From: a virus
DNA length: 64,000 nt
IMG/VR virus record: IMGVR_UViG_3300049783_001607
Direction: 5' to 3' (one strand)
Below, piece by piece: positions 47,070 through 57,700 of this stretch (position 1 is the stretch's first letter; every line of letters begins with the position of its first letter). The translations under genes and the position numbers were made by a program. Below the pieces are notes generated by a model. That model saw nothing but the letters and a program-made list of their open reading frames with translations, did no database searches and had not been told where the DNA came from.

Positions 47070-48284
47070 ATGACTAAAATTAGAAACAAACCTACACAAG
47101 TACTCCAAGAAGGAGGCCTTATAGACGAAGAAACTTTATTTGATGATGAAGATGTTTCCGCGATTACGGATCCATTAATAAATGAAGAGTTAACAGAAGA
47201 AGAAGAAACAGCACGAGCAGAAGCAATACAGCTACAAGCTGATGAAGATGCTCAAGCAGAATTAGACGCAGAAGCCATTAAAGAAAAAGAACAGGGTGGG
47301 AATGGAGATGACGGAAATGACGGAGATGACGGAGATGACGTAGAATTAACTGGCGTAGAAGAATTTTTAACTTCTTACGGAGTTAATGGAGGTATTATAA
47401 CGTTTGAAGACGGAACTACTTCAAGATTTTCTGAATTAGATTCAAAAGAGCAGAATAATATTTTAAGTTCTTTAGTAAAAGAAAGTGTTCCTAGCATTGA
47501 AGAGAAATTTAATTTAGATGAAGATGAAATAAATCTTTTAAACGCTGTAAGAGAAAGTGATATGAACTCTGAAGAGTTTATCAATGATTTAGTTAATCAT
47601 AGATTGCAAACAGTACTTGCAACTAAAGAATCTAATAGCACGGATTATAAAAGTTTATCTCAGGACGCGATTTTTGTAAAAAACCTTAGAGATAGTGATA
47701 AAGATTTAACAGATGAAGATGTTGCAGAAGAATTAGTAAAAGCTAAAGGTCTTTCAAGTTATAAATCTACAGTAGAGTCGATGAGAAGACTTTATATTAA
47801 TGATCAAGAGACTGCTAACAAAGCATCTCAAACTGAGAGCGATAAAGTGTTTAATCAAGAGTTAGAAGCTCAAAGACATGATATTGTAGCAGCAATAGAA
47901 AATATCAATGATATAGCTGGAGCAGCTGTAACACCTGAAATGAAAGAATTTTTACTTCATGATATAATGGAGTTAAACGATTCAAAGGATCCAATTTTAA
48001 TGGAGAAAATTTTCTCTAATCCTGAGTCAATGTTTAAAGCTAATTGGTGGGTAAATTATGGTGAAGACTATATAGGTCAATTAAATACTTTTTGGAAGAA
48101 AGAAGTTTCAAAAGCTCAAAAAAGCGGTTATGATAAAGCTGCAGGCAAGTTAACCAGAAATCCTACAATAATAGGTAGTGACGGTAAGCGAGTACCAAAC
48201 AAGGATAAAACAAAAGTAGGGGATGATTTACCACAAAGCTTTGGCACAGTGTTAACAGAAGACCAACTTTTTGAACACGAATAA
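47070..48284 (+). CDS. Acidic scaffold-like head assembly protein
   Basis: Very acidic, immediately upstream of MCP as in crAss-like phages. Confidence 0.65.
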   Translation: MTKIRNKPTQVLQEGGLIDEETLFDDEDVSAITDPLINEELTEEEETARAEAIQLQADEDAQAELDAEAIKEKEQGGNGDDGNDGDDGDDVELTGVEEFLTSYGVNGGIITFEDGTTSRFSELDSKEQNNILSSLVKESVPSIEEKFNLDEDEINLLNAVRESDMNSEEFINDLVNHRLQTVLATKESNSTDYKSLSQDAIFVKNLRDSDKDLTDEDVAEELVKAKGLSSYKSTVESMRRLYINDQETANKASQTESDKVFNQELEAQRHDIVAAIENINDIAGAAVTPEMKEFLLHDIMELNDSKDPILMEKIFSNPESMFKANWWVNYGEDYIGQLNTFWKKEVSKAQKSGYDKAAGKLTRNPTIIGSDGKRVPNKDKTKVGDDLPQSFGTVLTEDQLFEHE

Positions 48285-48330
48285 TAAAAATAGTAAACAA
48301 TAATTAATAATTAATAACAATTTCTAGAAA

Positions 48331-49755
48331 ATGAGAATAGTAGATCGTAAATTTATCGACAAAAACATTCATACTACTAGAACTCGCCAACATTTCGGTA
48401 CTCTTTTAGGAGAGAAGCCACACGTAATGGGGCAAGTGGTACGTATGTATCCACGTTTAACAATCAGTAATTTAACTGAAGGGTTAAGAAACGTGTACAC
48501 AAATAAGAAAGCTCAGGGTGGTTTTACCCCGATCAATTCTTACGCAATTGAATGGAAGATTGATGTTAACTTTATCAAAAAAGTTAGGATCACTGCCGAC
48601 GCAACACCTACTGCAGGAGTATTTGTAGTATCGTTAGAAGAAAAGTATTACAATAAAAATGAGACTTTTGCATTAGACAATGGTACTCAGTTATTTGTAG
48701 TAGCACCTCCACGTTATGTTTCAGCTAAAAGGTTTGAATATAAAGTAATAATGGTGTCAAACAATGGAGGTATCCCAGATATCAACATGTTAAAAGCGGG
48801 ACGTACTACACGTTTTCGTTCTAATTATCACCCGGAGTTATCTAAAAGAGGTTACGTTAAGTACCAATTTAATACAGAAAAGCACCGTAACTATTTATCT
48901 AAGCACAGATCCAGTGATGTTCAGTCTTCTGAATATTCAGCTTCTCAAGAGTATTTAGTTGAGAAAGGAAAAAGAAATGCTAAAGACGGTAAATTAGAGT
49001 ACGAATACTTTAGATTACAGAAACTTGAGAAAGACGTATTAGAGTCTTACTTATGGGCAAGAGAAAACCATTTATTATTTGGAGAAACTAACTTCGATGC
49101 TAATGGTAAGTGTACTATGCAAGATGAAAAAGGGCAAGACATCCCGATTGGTGATGGTGTAATCAAGCAGATCGAAAGATATTGTGAGAAGTTTGTTTAT
49201 TCTGTGTTTACTACACGTTGGATGGAAGATATTATGGCTTCTATGAGATCAAAGTCTGCTAATTCAATTGGAAATACTTATGCGTTTGTAGTGAACGAAA
49301 AAATGTACGACCAAGTAGGTAGAATATTAAAAGATGATCTAAGATTCCATGGTAACTCTAATGGAGATCATTATTGGACTAACAGTTCTGGTAATAAAAT
49401 TAAAGTTGGAGCTCAGTACGATAGCTATACCTTCCAAGGTAACACTATTGTATTTATGGTAGATAAAATTTTATCTGATGAATATCCTTATTCAGGTTAT
49501 GGTTTTTGTATCAATGTAGGTATTGATCAAACTAATGCTAACTCTGGTATTTCAATGTTTACTTTAGAGGGTCGTGAGATGCTTTCTGGTAAGTTAAAAG
49601 GTATGGGAGGATTCACTGGAAAAGAAAATAACGTAGATCTTGCAACATCTGTAGATGGTAGTGAGTATCACTTATTAGGGTATTCTGCTGCAATTGTATT
49701 TAATCCATATAATGCTGCAATTGTAAAAGAGTCTTATACTATGGTTACACCGTAG
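48331..49755 (+). CDS. Major capsid protein (crAss-like)
   Basis: 474 aa; position; strong terminator after; IPIGDGVIKQIE motif; highly-expressed codon bias. Confidence 0.85.
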   Translation: MRIVDRKFIDKNIHTTRTRQHFGTLLGEKPHVMGQVVRMYPRLTISNLTEGLRNVYTNKKAQGGFTPINSYAIEWKIDVNFIKKVRITADATPTAGVFVVSLEEKYYNKNETFALDNGTQLFVVAPPRYVSAKRFEYKVIMVSNNGGIPDINMLKAGRTTRFRSNYHPELSKRGYVKYQFNTEKHRNYLSKHRSSDVQSSEYSASQEYLVEKGKRNAKDGKLEYEYFRLQKLEKDVLESYLWARENHLLFGETNFDANGKCTMQDEKGQDIPIGDGVIKQIERYCEKFVYSVFTTRWMEDIMASMRSKSANSIGNTYAFVVNEKMYDQVGRILKDDLRFHGNSNGDHYWTNSSGNKIKVGAQYDSYTFQGNTIVFMVDKILSDEYPYSGYGFCINVGIDQTNANSGISMFTLEGREMLSGKLKGMGGFTGKENNVDLATSVDGSEYHLLGYSAAIVFNPYNAAIVKESYTMVTP

Positions 49756-49776
49756 TAAATAAAGTAGTATCTTTAC

Positions 49777-49806
49777 AAAAAGGGAGGAATTAAACTCCTC
49801 CCTTTT
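49777..49806 (+). terminator. Intrinsic terminator after MCP
   Basis: aaaagggagga/tcctccctttt. Confidence 0.85.
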
Positions 49807-49849
49807 ATTATTATAAATAAGTTTAATAAGAACAATAAAATAAAATAAA

Positions 49850-50815
49850 ATGAACACAGTAAAAAACACTGTTGGCCTAAGTGCAGGTCAATTAGCAAAC
49901 GGAACACCTAGTGATAGACGATTAATTTTACATTCTTTTTTTAAGGGGGATAAAGTTACCATTTCTCCAGTAAAAGATATAAATGGAAGGTATCTAGGAA
50001 TACAAGAAAATCTTCCTGAGATTAAAAAGTTAGAAATGGGATATGTTCCATCAATTGAAAGCAGCATTAAATTATATGACGGAATAGAAATTGACCTGAA
50101 TAAAAAAGAATGGGCCGCTGATTGGGAGTGGATGCAACACTGTAATGAAATCGCAGCAGATTTTGCAACAGGACAAAGTTCACCCGCCGCGTATTTCTAT
50201 ATTTTTAGACCTGGTCACGAATCAGCTAAAAAGATAGCAGAAACAGAAGAAAGAGTAAGTTTAATGAATTATATTCTTCAGGATTCTAATGAAAATCTTT
50301 ACAATAGAGCAAGTATTTTAGGAATAGATATGTCAGACTCTGTAATTTCAGATGTCAAAGAATATTTATTAAACATGGTTAACACAGAGCCTGCTAAAAT
50401 TAAACAAGTTTATGAAAGTAAAACATTCTCATTAGAACTTTTATTATTACACGCTCTTAAAAAAGGTATTATTACTAAAAGAAACGGCGTGTTTACTTTT
50501 GGAGAAATTTTATTAGGTGTAGAAGAAAGAGCTGTAGTAGCTTATTTTGCAAACCCTTCAAATCACATTACAACAAGAGCGATAGAATCTGTTACGTATT
50601 CTCAAAGTAAACCAGTAAGTAGCAAAAACCCACTAGAACATGAAGCTGTTCAAGGTCAAGATATCCATGATGATTTTGAAGAAGGTAATAATAGCCTATC
50701 AGAAGATGTAACAGGCGACCAAGGTAAAGAAGTTAGAAACATTAAAGCAGATGTTTTAACCCCTCAGCAAAAAGCAACTATTACCAGAAAAAAGAACGCT
50801 GCTAATAAAAAATAA
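49850..50815 (+). CDS. Conserved crAss-like protein downstream of MCP
   Basis: Position; 321 aa. Confidence 0.6.
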   Translation: MNTVKNTVGLSAGQLANGTPSDRRLILHSFFKGDKVTISPVKDINGRYLGIQENLPEIKKLEMGYVPSIESSIKLYDGIEIDLNKKEWAADWEWMQHCNEIAADFATGQSSPAAYFYIFRPGHESAKKIAETEERVSLMNYILQDSNENLYNRASILGIDMSDSVISDVKEYLLNMVNTEPAKIKQVYESKTFSLELLLLHALKKGIITKRNGVFTFGEILLGVEERAVVAYFANPSNHITTRAIESVTYSQSKPVSSKNPLEHEAVQGQDIHDDFEEGNNSLSEDVTGDQGKEVRNIKADVLTPQQKATITRKKNAANKK

Positions 50816-50826
50816 ATAAATAAATT

Positions 50827-51567
50827 ATGTATAGTACAGCTAGGACAGTTTATATAGACATATTAATTGAGCTTGTTAAAGAAGAAGCACCTTCTCTATA
50901 TATGGAAGACTATCTGTACTATTATAATAAAGCTATTAGCGAGTATATGAAAACTCGTTATGAGTTATTCGAAGTCACACAACAACTTACTGATGATCTA
51001 AGAGCTTGGAAAAAAGATTTCAAGACTACTAGCCTAGATACACCTATAGACAATATATTTACTCTTTCTGATAATAAAAAAATTAATAAATACCGACATT
51101 TACTTGGATGTACTATCGATATAAAACTACTTAGACCTATAAGTAGATGCGATCAAAGAGTAAATACGACTAAACAGTACAAAGTTACTAGGATGTCTTC
51201 TAATATTAAAAACGGAATATTAAATAATGTTTATTTAGAACCTAAGTTTTATAGGCCTTATTTTGAAATAATTAATAACCTTATTAAGATAAATATTGGC
51301 GACAGCAGCATTACTAACTTAGAAATTAGTAATATAGGTATAGAGTATTTAATGCAGCCTACTGAAGTGTTTTTAACAGCAGATCAAGTAGCAAGTGATG
51401 AAGATACTAGTCAAGTATTAGAATTTTCAAAAGATGTTGGAGAAGAGATTACTAAAATAGCTCTTAAACTTATATTAGAAAGAGGTTCTAGTCCAAGAAC
51501 ACAGTCCCACGTAGCAGTTAATACTTCAATAAGTGATGTATCTACAGGATTAAAAGGAGGAAAATAA
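50827..51567 (+). CDS. Putative head-tail ring/adaptor protein
   Basis: YYNKAI...FE.TQQ.TDDL motif typical of crAss-like ring proteins. Confidence 0.6.
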   Translation: MYSTARTVYIDILIELVKEEAPSLYMEDYLYYYNKAISEYMKTRYELFEVTQQLTDDLRAWKKDFKTTSLDTPIDNIFTLSDNKKINKYRHLLGCTIDIKLLRPISRCDQRVNTTKQYKVTRMSSNIKNGILNNVYLEPKFYRPYFEIINNLIKINIGDSSITNLEISNIGIEYLMQPTEVFLTADQVASDEDTSQVLEFSKDVGEEITKIALKLILERGSSPRTQSHVAVNTSISDVSTGLKGGK

Positions 51568-51645
51568 TTGGGGATACCAGCTCCAAGTTTATATAAACAC
51601 GAGAAGTCTATACTGGTATAAGACGGATCAAAAAATTTAAAAATT

Positions 51646-52485
51646 ATGTTCGATTTAGGAATGAAACAAATTGTAATCAATGGAAATGCATTGGTTACCG
51701 AAGTAGGTACTACAACAGGAGTATCAGGTGTTATTAGTATTAAAGGGTTTGGTAAATTTACTATTCCTGAAGTAGCCCCGGCTGCCGCTAGAAACGGAGC
51801 TGTAACTGCTGCAAGTAACGCTGCTTTAGGCGTCTACACTGTAGTTGTTGGAGGATATAGTAGTACTAAAAAGTACAATGTAATAGTAACTGTTGAAGCG
51901 GTTAGAGCTACTTCAGAACTTACTCAAAGCCATGGCGGGGATCAGTTTGTTTTTCAAACAGGTGCTGGTGCTAATTTTGGTGTAGCTGCTGCTGCAGGTC
52001 AAATTGCCGGTTTTAATGACACTAAGATTAAATTCAGTGGTACTACAGACATTATCATGACTTTTCAACCTGGTTATGAAGGAGTAAAAATAAAAACTGT
52101 AACTATTCTTGAAGCAGCTACTGAAACAGCTGTTCCTGTGACATCAATTACTGCTAATACTACACCTTCTTATGGTGTTGGGTTAGGTAAAATAATTGAA
52201 GAAGAGGTTCAAAATGCTACTGGTGGTAACACTGATCCTTACGGTTTAGGTGGTAAAGACATAGTAGATATAAGAGGAAAGTATACTGAAATCTTATGGG
52301 AAGCTGTTGCTGAGGATGATGATTCTCCAGGATGGGAACCACATGCTTCTTCAGGTGCTGGAGATGTAAATACAACTGCTGCGTACGCGCCTAGACAGTT
52401 TGTAGCTTACGTTAATGAAGCGTCTGCTGCTGCAACTGTTACTCTTTTAACTAAATTAGTTAATGGAGAAGCTCAAGCTAGCTAG
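51646..52485 (+). CDS. Putative auxiliary capsid/decoration protein
   Basis: Ala/Gly/Thr-rich beta protein followed by terminator. Confidence 0.55.
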   Translation: MFDLGMKQIVINGNALVTEVGTTTGVSGVISIKGFGKFTIPEVAPAAARNGAVTAASNAALGVYTVVVGGYSSTKKYNVIVTVEAVRATSELTQSHGGDQFVFQTGAGANFGVAAAAGQIAGFNDTKIKFSGTTDIIMTFQPGYEGVKIKTVTILEAATETAVPVTSITANTTPSYGVGLGKIIEEEVQNATGGNTDPYGLGGKDIVDIRGKYTEILWEAVAEDDDSPGWEPHASSGAGDVNTTAAYAPRQFVAYVNEASAAATVTLLTKLVNGEAQAS

Positions 52486-52511
52486 TAGGTAGTACTATCA
52501 AAGTAAAAATA

Positions 52512-52543
52512 AAAAAGCATTCATTAATTTGGGTGCTTTTTTT
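52512..52543 (+). terminator. Intrinsic terminator
   Basis: aagcattca/tgggtgctt plus T tract. Confidence 0.75.
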
Positions 52544-52590
52544 ATTTGTATATAAAATGTATTATATTAGTAGTAATTTATAACAAAAAT

Positions 52591-53265
52591 ATGACACTAA
52601 CACAATTAGCCTCGGCAATAAGAAATAACGTAGTAGATGGTTTAGATGGAATATCGTCTACATCTTTTTCTACAGAGCAGCTTAAAGATGAAATACTACT
52701 TACTGCTGCCAGTACTTTAGTATCTTTAACATCTAAAGGGTTGATAGATCTTAATAAATTTTCTCAACGTATTGACGGAATACGGATTGAACGTAAAGAT
52801 GTATCAGGAAATTGTGATGTTGAATCTAATATCGAAGTCCCTCATTTTACAATACCAGATGTAAATAGACTTATAAGTACTCCTATAACTTATTTAGGAT
52901 CTATGGATGGAGCCATGACTTTTAAAGTATATTTTGATAGGGATTATAGATTTCATAAATACAGATTAGCGTCGGCACGATTTCCTTTTGCGTGGGTAAG
53001 TACTGTAGCAAATTCAGACGGTATGCACGATGTATTTTTATTTAACGTACCTACATATAACAACATGCAATTTGTAACTATAGAAGCTGTATTTGATAAT
53101 CCTTACGATATTCAAAAAACTCCTTATTATGAGCAGTTCTCAGATGCAGAGTTTTATGCTCCTTTATTTGTGCAAAAAGAAATTATAGATAAACTAACTC
53201 AGCAATATGTAAATTACTACAGACAGCTTCATTTAACTCCAAAACCTAATACTCAACAAGCCTAA
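52591..53265 (+). CDS. Putative tail ring protein (start revised to ATG 52591)
   Basis: Position; late-promoter-like motif overlaps the longer ORF start. Confidence 0.6.
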   Translation: MTLTQLASAIRNNVVDGLDGISSTSFSTEQLKDEILLTAASTLVSLTSKGLIDLNKFSQRIDGIRIERKDVSGNCDVESNIEVPHFTIPDVNRLISTPITYLGSMDGAMTFKVYFDRDYRFHKYRLASARFPFAWVSTVANSDGMHDVFLFNVPTYNNMQFVTIEAVFDNPYDIQKTPYYEQFSDAEFYAPLFVQKEIIDKLTQQYVNYYRQLHLTPKPNTQQA

Positions 53266-54014
53266 TGGAACAAAGAGAAATATCAAAAAACGAGCATACT
53301 CAAAATATACGATCCGGCCTGCCCTTAATTAAAACTTTGTATGGTTTAAATATAGACGAGTTCGATTATTTAGATATAGCGGTAGATACTTTAAGAGATA
53401 TAAGATATTTTGGTACTACGGAACATATAGCGTATATTACAGTAAATAGAGATTTTAAAGCTGTATTACCTTGTAACATGGGAACTATTGACGCTGTTAC
53501 TACTGAGCATATGGGAAGGAAAGTTTTTAGCACTAGGAAAGTAATTGAAGTTGACGGTATACTAGACACAGATTCCTATTATTCATCTATAGAAACTAGA
53601 GATAATTTAGGTATTGAATGGAATCCTGGTTTAGGAGGTATTACAGGAAAAGGGTATATATCGTATAGATTAAGTGGAAAAAGTCTGATTGTTTCAGAAG
53701 ATCTTGTAGGGAAACGTATAGCTGTAGCATATACAGGCATTATAGTAGACGCTGAAGGATTTCCTATTATAACTAGAAAACAAGCTAATGCTATAGCTGC
53801 AATATGCGCTAAATTTATAATGCTCAAAGGAGCTAATAGAGGAGAGAAAGGCGCTGCTTCAATGATTGAATATTATTCAGGGCTTGCAGGTAGATTAAAG
53901 CAGGCAGCTTCTATACCGGAAGAGATTACAGATAACGAAATGGACGAAATATTAAATGTTAAAACATCTTTTAATAGAAAAACACACAATCGTCCTACTA
54001 AATATTCTAGATAA
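53265..54014 (+). CDS. Putative tail tubular/ring protein
   Basis: LPC...Y.G...D.EG.P.I motif seen in crAss-like tail tube proteins. Confidence 0.6.
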   Translation: MEQREISKNEHTQNIRSGLPLIKTLYGLNIDEFDYLDIAVDTLRDIRYFGTTEHIAYITVNRDFKAVLPCNMGTIDAVTTEHMGRKVFSTRKVIEVDGILDTDSYYSSIETRDNLGIEWNPGLGGITGKGYISYRLSGKSLIVSEDLVGKRIAVAYTGIIVDAEGFPIITRKQANAIAAICAKFIMLKGANRGEKGAASMIEYYSGLAGRLKQAASIPEEITDNEMDEILNVKTSFNRKTHNRPTKYSR

Positions 54015-54017
54015 ATT

Positions 54018-54506
54018 ATGGGAGTAAAAAAATTTAAAACTCCTTCTAATGTTGTTATTCCTATGTCAGATTTATTAGCGGGTGAATTAAAAAAAATTAA
54101 ATACAAAAATAAATTCAATAATAAAGATATAGTATCGGACGGGGGAACATCAAGAGTTTACAACGCGGTTTTATTTAGACTAATGGAATTAATAATAATG
54201 GATGTTATTGAAGGTCATATAGTATATTTTAATAAAAGAGCAGGCTCTAAATTTTATGTTGATTATCAACCCGCGGGTCAAGAATTAATAAAAGGCAAAG
54301 GAATTAAGGATAATAGAGGTTTTCCTTTGGTGGATTTAAGAGTTACTAGATATAGAATGCCTATTATTGCATTTGACCCTGGATACAAGTCTTCTACACC
54401 GTGCGTATGTATAATACCTAAATATTTATATGCTCTTTTAATAGAAGCTGTTAACAAAGGAAAAAAATATCCTAAAGGAGTTAAAAATTTTTGGTATAAT
54501 AAGTAA
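54018..54506 (+). CDS. Hypothetical protein (position of IHF-like genes in crAss-like phages)
   Basis: Position only. Confidence 0.55.
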   Translation: MGVKKFKTPSNVVIPMSDLLAGELKKIKYKNKFNNKDIVSDGGTSRVYNAVLFRLMELIIMDVIEGHIVYFNKRAGSKFYVDYQPAGQELIKGKGIKDNRGFPLVDLRVTRYRMPIIAFDPGYKSSTPCVCIIPKYLYALLIEAVNKGKKYPKGVKNFWYNK

Positions 54507-54507
54507 T

Positions 54508-54789
54508 ATGGTTGATAAATATACAGATGATTATATAAAAGAATTAGAGTTTTATTTTCCTCAGATAGAGAAAAAAGAACTTACTAGAATGGTAAATAGT
54601 ATGACATCTTTATTAACATATTATATGAAAGTATGGTACAGAGGTTTTACAGTAAAGTCAAAAAGCTCGTTACTAGAAGACGGAAAATTAAATAGATTTA
54701 GAATAGAAAGAATTTTTGGTAAGGCTCATCTAGTTAATATGAGAAAGGTATCTAAAAAATATAATATAAAAAATGGCACAGGGAAATAA
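54508..54789 (+). CDS. Hypothetical basic protein
   Basis: Operon-packed. Confidence 0.6.
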   Translation: MVDKYTDDYIKELEFYFPQIEKKELTRMVNSMTSLLTYYMKVWYRGFTVKSKSSLLEDGKLNRFRIERIFGKAHLVNMRKVSKKYNIKNGTGK

Positions 54790-57700
54790 TATTTCATCGG
54801 TAAACTCTTTTGAAGGAGGCTTAGTTACAGATTTACATAATTTAACAAGTCCTAGCAATACAGTTGTAGACTCTCTTAATATGGAGCTTGTTACAATAGG
54901 TAACGATCAATACATATATCAAAATATAAGAGCCAACAAAAAAATTGCTGTAGATTTTCCTATGTATACAGAAAATGGTGTTGAATATCAGTTTATTCCT
55001 TTAGGTTTAAAGGTTCACAATAATATAGCTTACATATTGGCAGGAGCTTTTAAAAAAGACGGCACATTTTTAACAGGTACTATAGGTACATTTCCTAGTC
55101 CTAATTGGGCCTATCTTAACGACTCTTCAAAGGGTTCTTCTAGATTATATGACGTATTCAGCCCTCTTTATAATTATAAAAAAGATGGGGAGTCTAGTCA
55201 CACTGGGCCTTTTATATCTAAGAAATTTGAGTTTGAACGTAACAGACACATAGATATTGAGATTCAAGGAGACTTTGATAACTCTGTAAATATTTTATTC
55301 ACCGATAATAAAAATAATTTATCTATTATTAATTCTAGATTTAAACGTTTAGAGTCTAATGATGTAGTTAAATTAGCTGATAGATTAGGTCTTAACGATA
55401 GCAACACTTATAGTAAATCAGATTGGGATAGAATAACTTTGATTCAGAACACTAATTTTCCTGTTACAGTTGTAGATGATGAAGACAAACCTGGTTTTAC
55501 AGTAGCTGAAGGAGGGTATCTTAGAGGAGGAGGTTATAGATATTATTTTAAATACTCTACTCAAGAAGGAAACACTACTGAAATATTATATGAGTCCCCT
55601 TTAATTCCTATAGCAAATGGTAATTTAGGTTTAAATAAAAGTCAGTTATCTGACAAATTAGTTAGATTTACTTTGAAAAATCTTGATACGTCTTACACAG
55701 GTATTAAAGTATATTTTGCACACTTTGACGGTGAAGATCAAGCTGAGATGGAGTTATTTACTATTGATTACATTTATACTTACGATAATGAAAGTACTAC
55801 TGTAATAGTACATTCGGGTTTAGAAGAAGTATCTCCTGTAGATATTTCAGAAATAAATGTAGGTTTTACTCCTATAGATACTGTAAGATCTGCGGTAATA
55901 ATCAATGATAGGCTAGCTTTAGCGGGAGCATCTTCTACTATAAGCGAATCAGATTTAGATATATTAAGTAGTGCTGCTAAAGATGTAACCTTGTGGGAAA
56001 AAACTATACCGTTAGAAGATTCTTATGCTAACGCTAACGCTTCTGCAAATAAATTGGGTTACTGGAAAGGTGAAGTATATGAATTTGCTACAGTCTTTAT
56101 GCTTAAAAATAAAGGTCTTTCCCCAGCTTTTCCTGTAACCGGTATGGATAATTTTTTAGGTCTTCAAAGCGATTTTTTAAATAATAGTTATCCTGAATAT
56201 GACAGTCTATTAGATAGTGATGGTTTTGCTCACGGATATTTAATAAATAATAAAGGTATATTTAGAACATCTAATCAAGGTAAAATATATACTCCTACTG
56301 TGGACGGAAAAGGAGTAAGACATGTTACATATATTGAAGCAAATGTCAGTTCTTTTAAAAATAATTTGGCTCTAGATAGTATAGCGGCTGGATTTTTTAT
56401 AGTTAGAAGGAAAAGAATTAAAAATGTTTTGTTACAAGGTATGGCTGTTCCTACGCTAAAAGTACCTGCTAAATACCCTTCTTTATATGACGGGGTTTTA
56501 GAAAAACAAGCAGGACTATCTGCTAGTAGAAGATATTTATTAAAGCATTTTGGTAATCCTGAAGACGCTAATGAAGGAGATAATGCTACAATAGGTTTTA
56601 ACGGGCCCTATTCAGCTATAACAGTTGGAGATAAAGCTTCTTTTAACGCGGATTTTGATACTGTGTTTACACCTCAACCTACTCAAATATTAAATGTACT
56701 TACAGCTGAAAAGTCATGGGTAGTATCTGGCGCTTTAGGGCAAAATATATCTTACCCATTTCCGGGTTGGAGTCCTATAGCCTCTGATCCTATTGGTGAA
56801 ACGATAGATAGGGAAGGAAATTTAACAGGTAAAATGCACATAGCTTTTTATTCTTGTGAGCTTGAGATGAACTTGAAAAATGTTAAAGGATATCTTAACG
56901 GAATAGATCCTGAAATTGAAATTCAAAACGCTGCAAAAAGATGTTCTCCTTTAGGTTATACATACACTGGATTTTCTTATAAATCTACAGCTAATATTAT
57001 AGTATATTTAGGAGAGGAGGTTAGTATGAATAAAGCTCCTTGGACAACAATACCATCTAAAGCTGTAAAAGCTACTATATTAGACAGTGGTAGAGCTGTA
57101 TATTCTAATGGAGGGTTTTCATCTAAGATAGATAGATCTTTTGGATTAATATCTGAAAACACATTATCTACTGATACTGATGATCTAGATAATAATTCAC
57201 TTAATTCAGTAGTGTCTATAAGTTATGGATTACCTTATAGAGTATATGCTTCAAGGTATAGTCAAGACGCAGAAAAAATAAATAGGTTGTCGTCTAACTC
57301 TTTATATTACCCTAACTCTAATACCAAAAAATCTTTTTTTCCTTACTCTCTTGTTAGTCAATCTTACTCTACTTATGTAGGTATTAGGGTAGAAGCTTCG
57401 AAAGCAGGGTCTTTACCTATATTTCATTACTCTAGTAACATTCATAAATCTACAGATAATTATACTAATACTTCTGAAGTAATAGTCAATGAAAATAATC
57501 CATTAAATGACGATTTATATTATGTGAATACAGGACATCTTGCTAATATATTTAGATCAGCTACAGGTAGATGGCAGTCAGCAGATATCAGATCGATATA
57601 TAAGTTTGATAGTAACAAAGCTTACTATGCTGTAACAGATCGAAATAAAATAACTGGTTTAAACACAGTGGATATTTTTAGAGGTGATGGTTTCATATCT

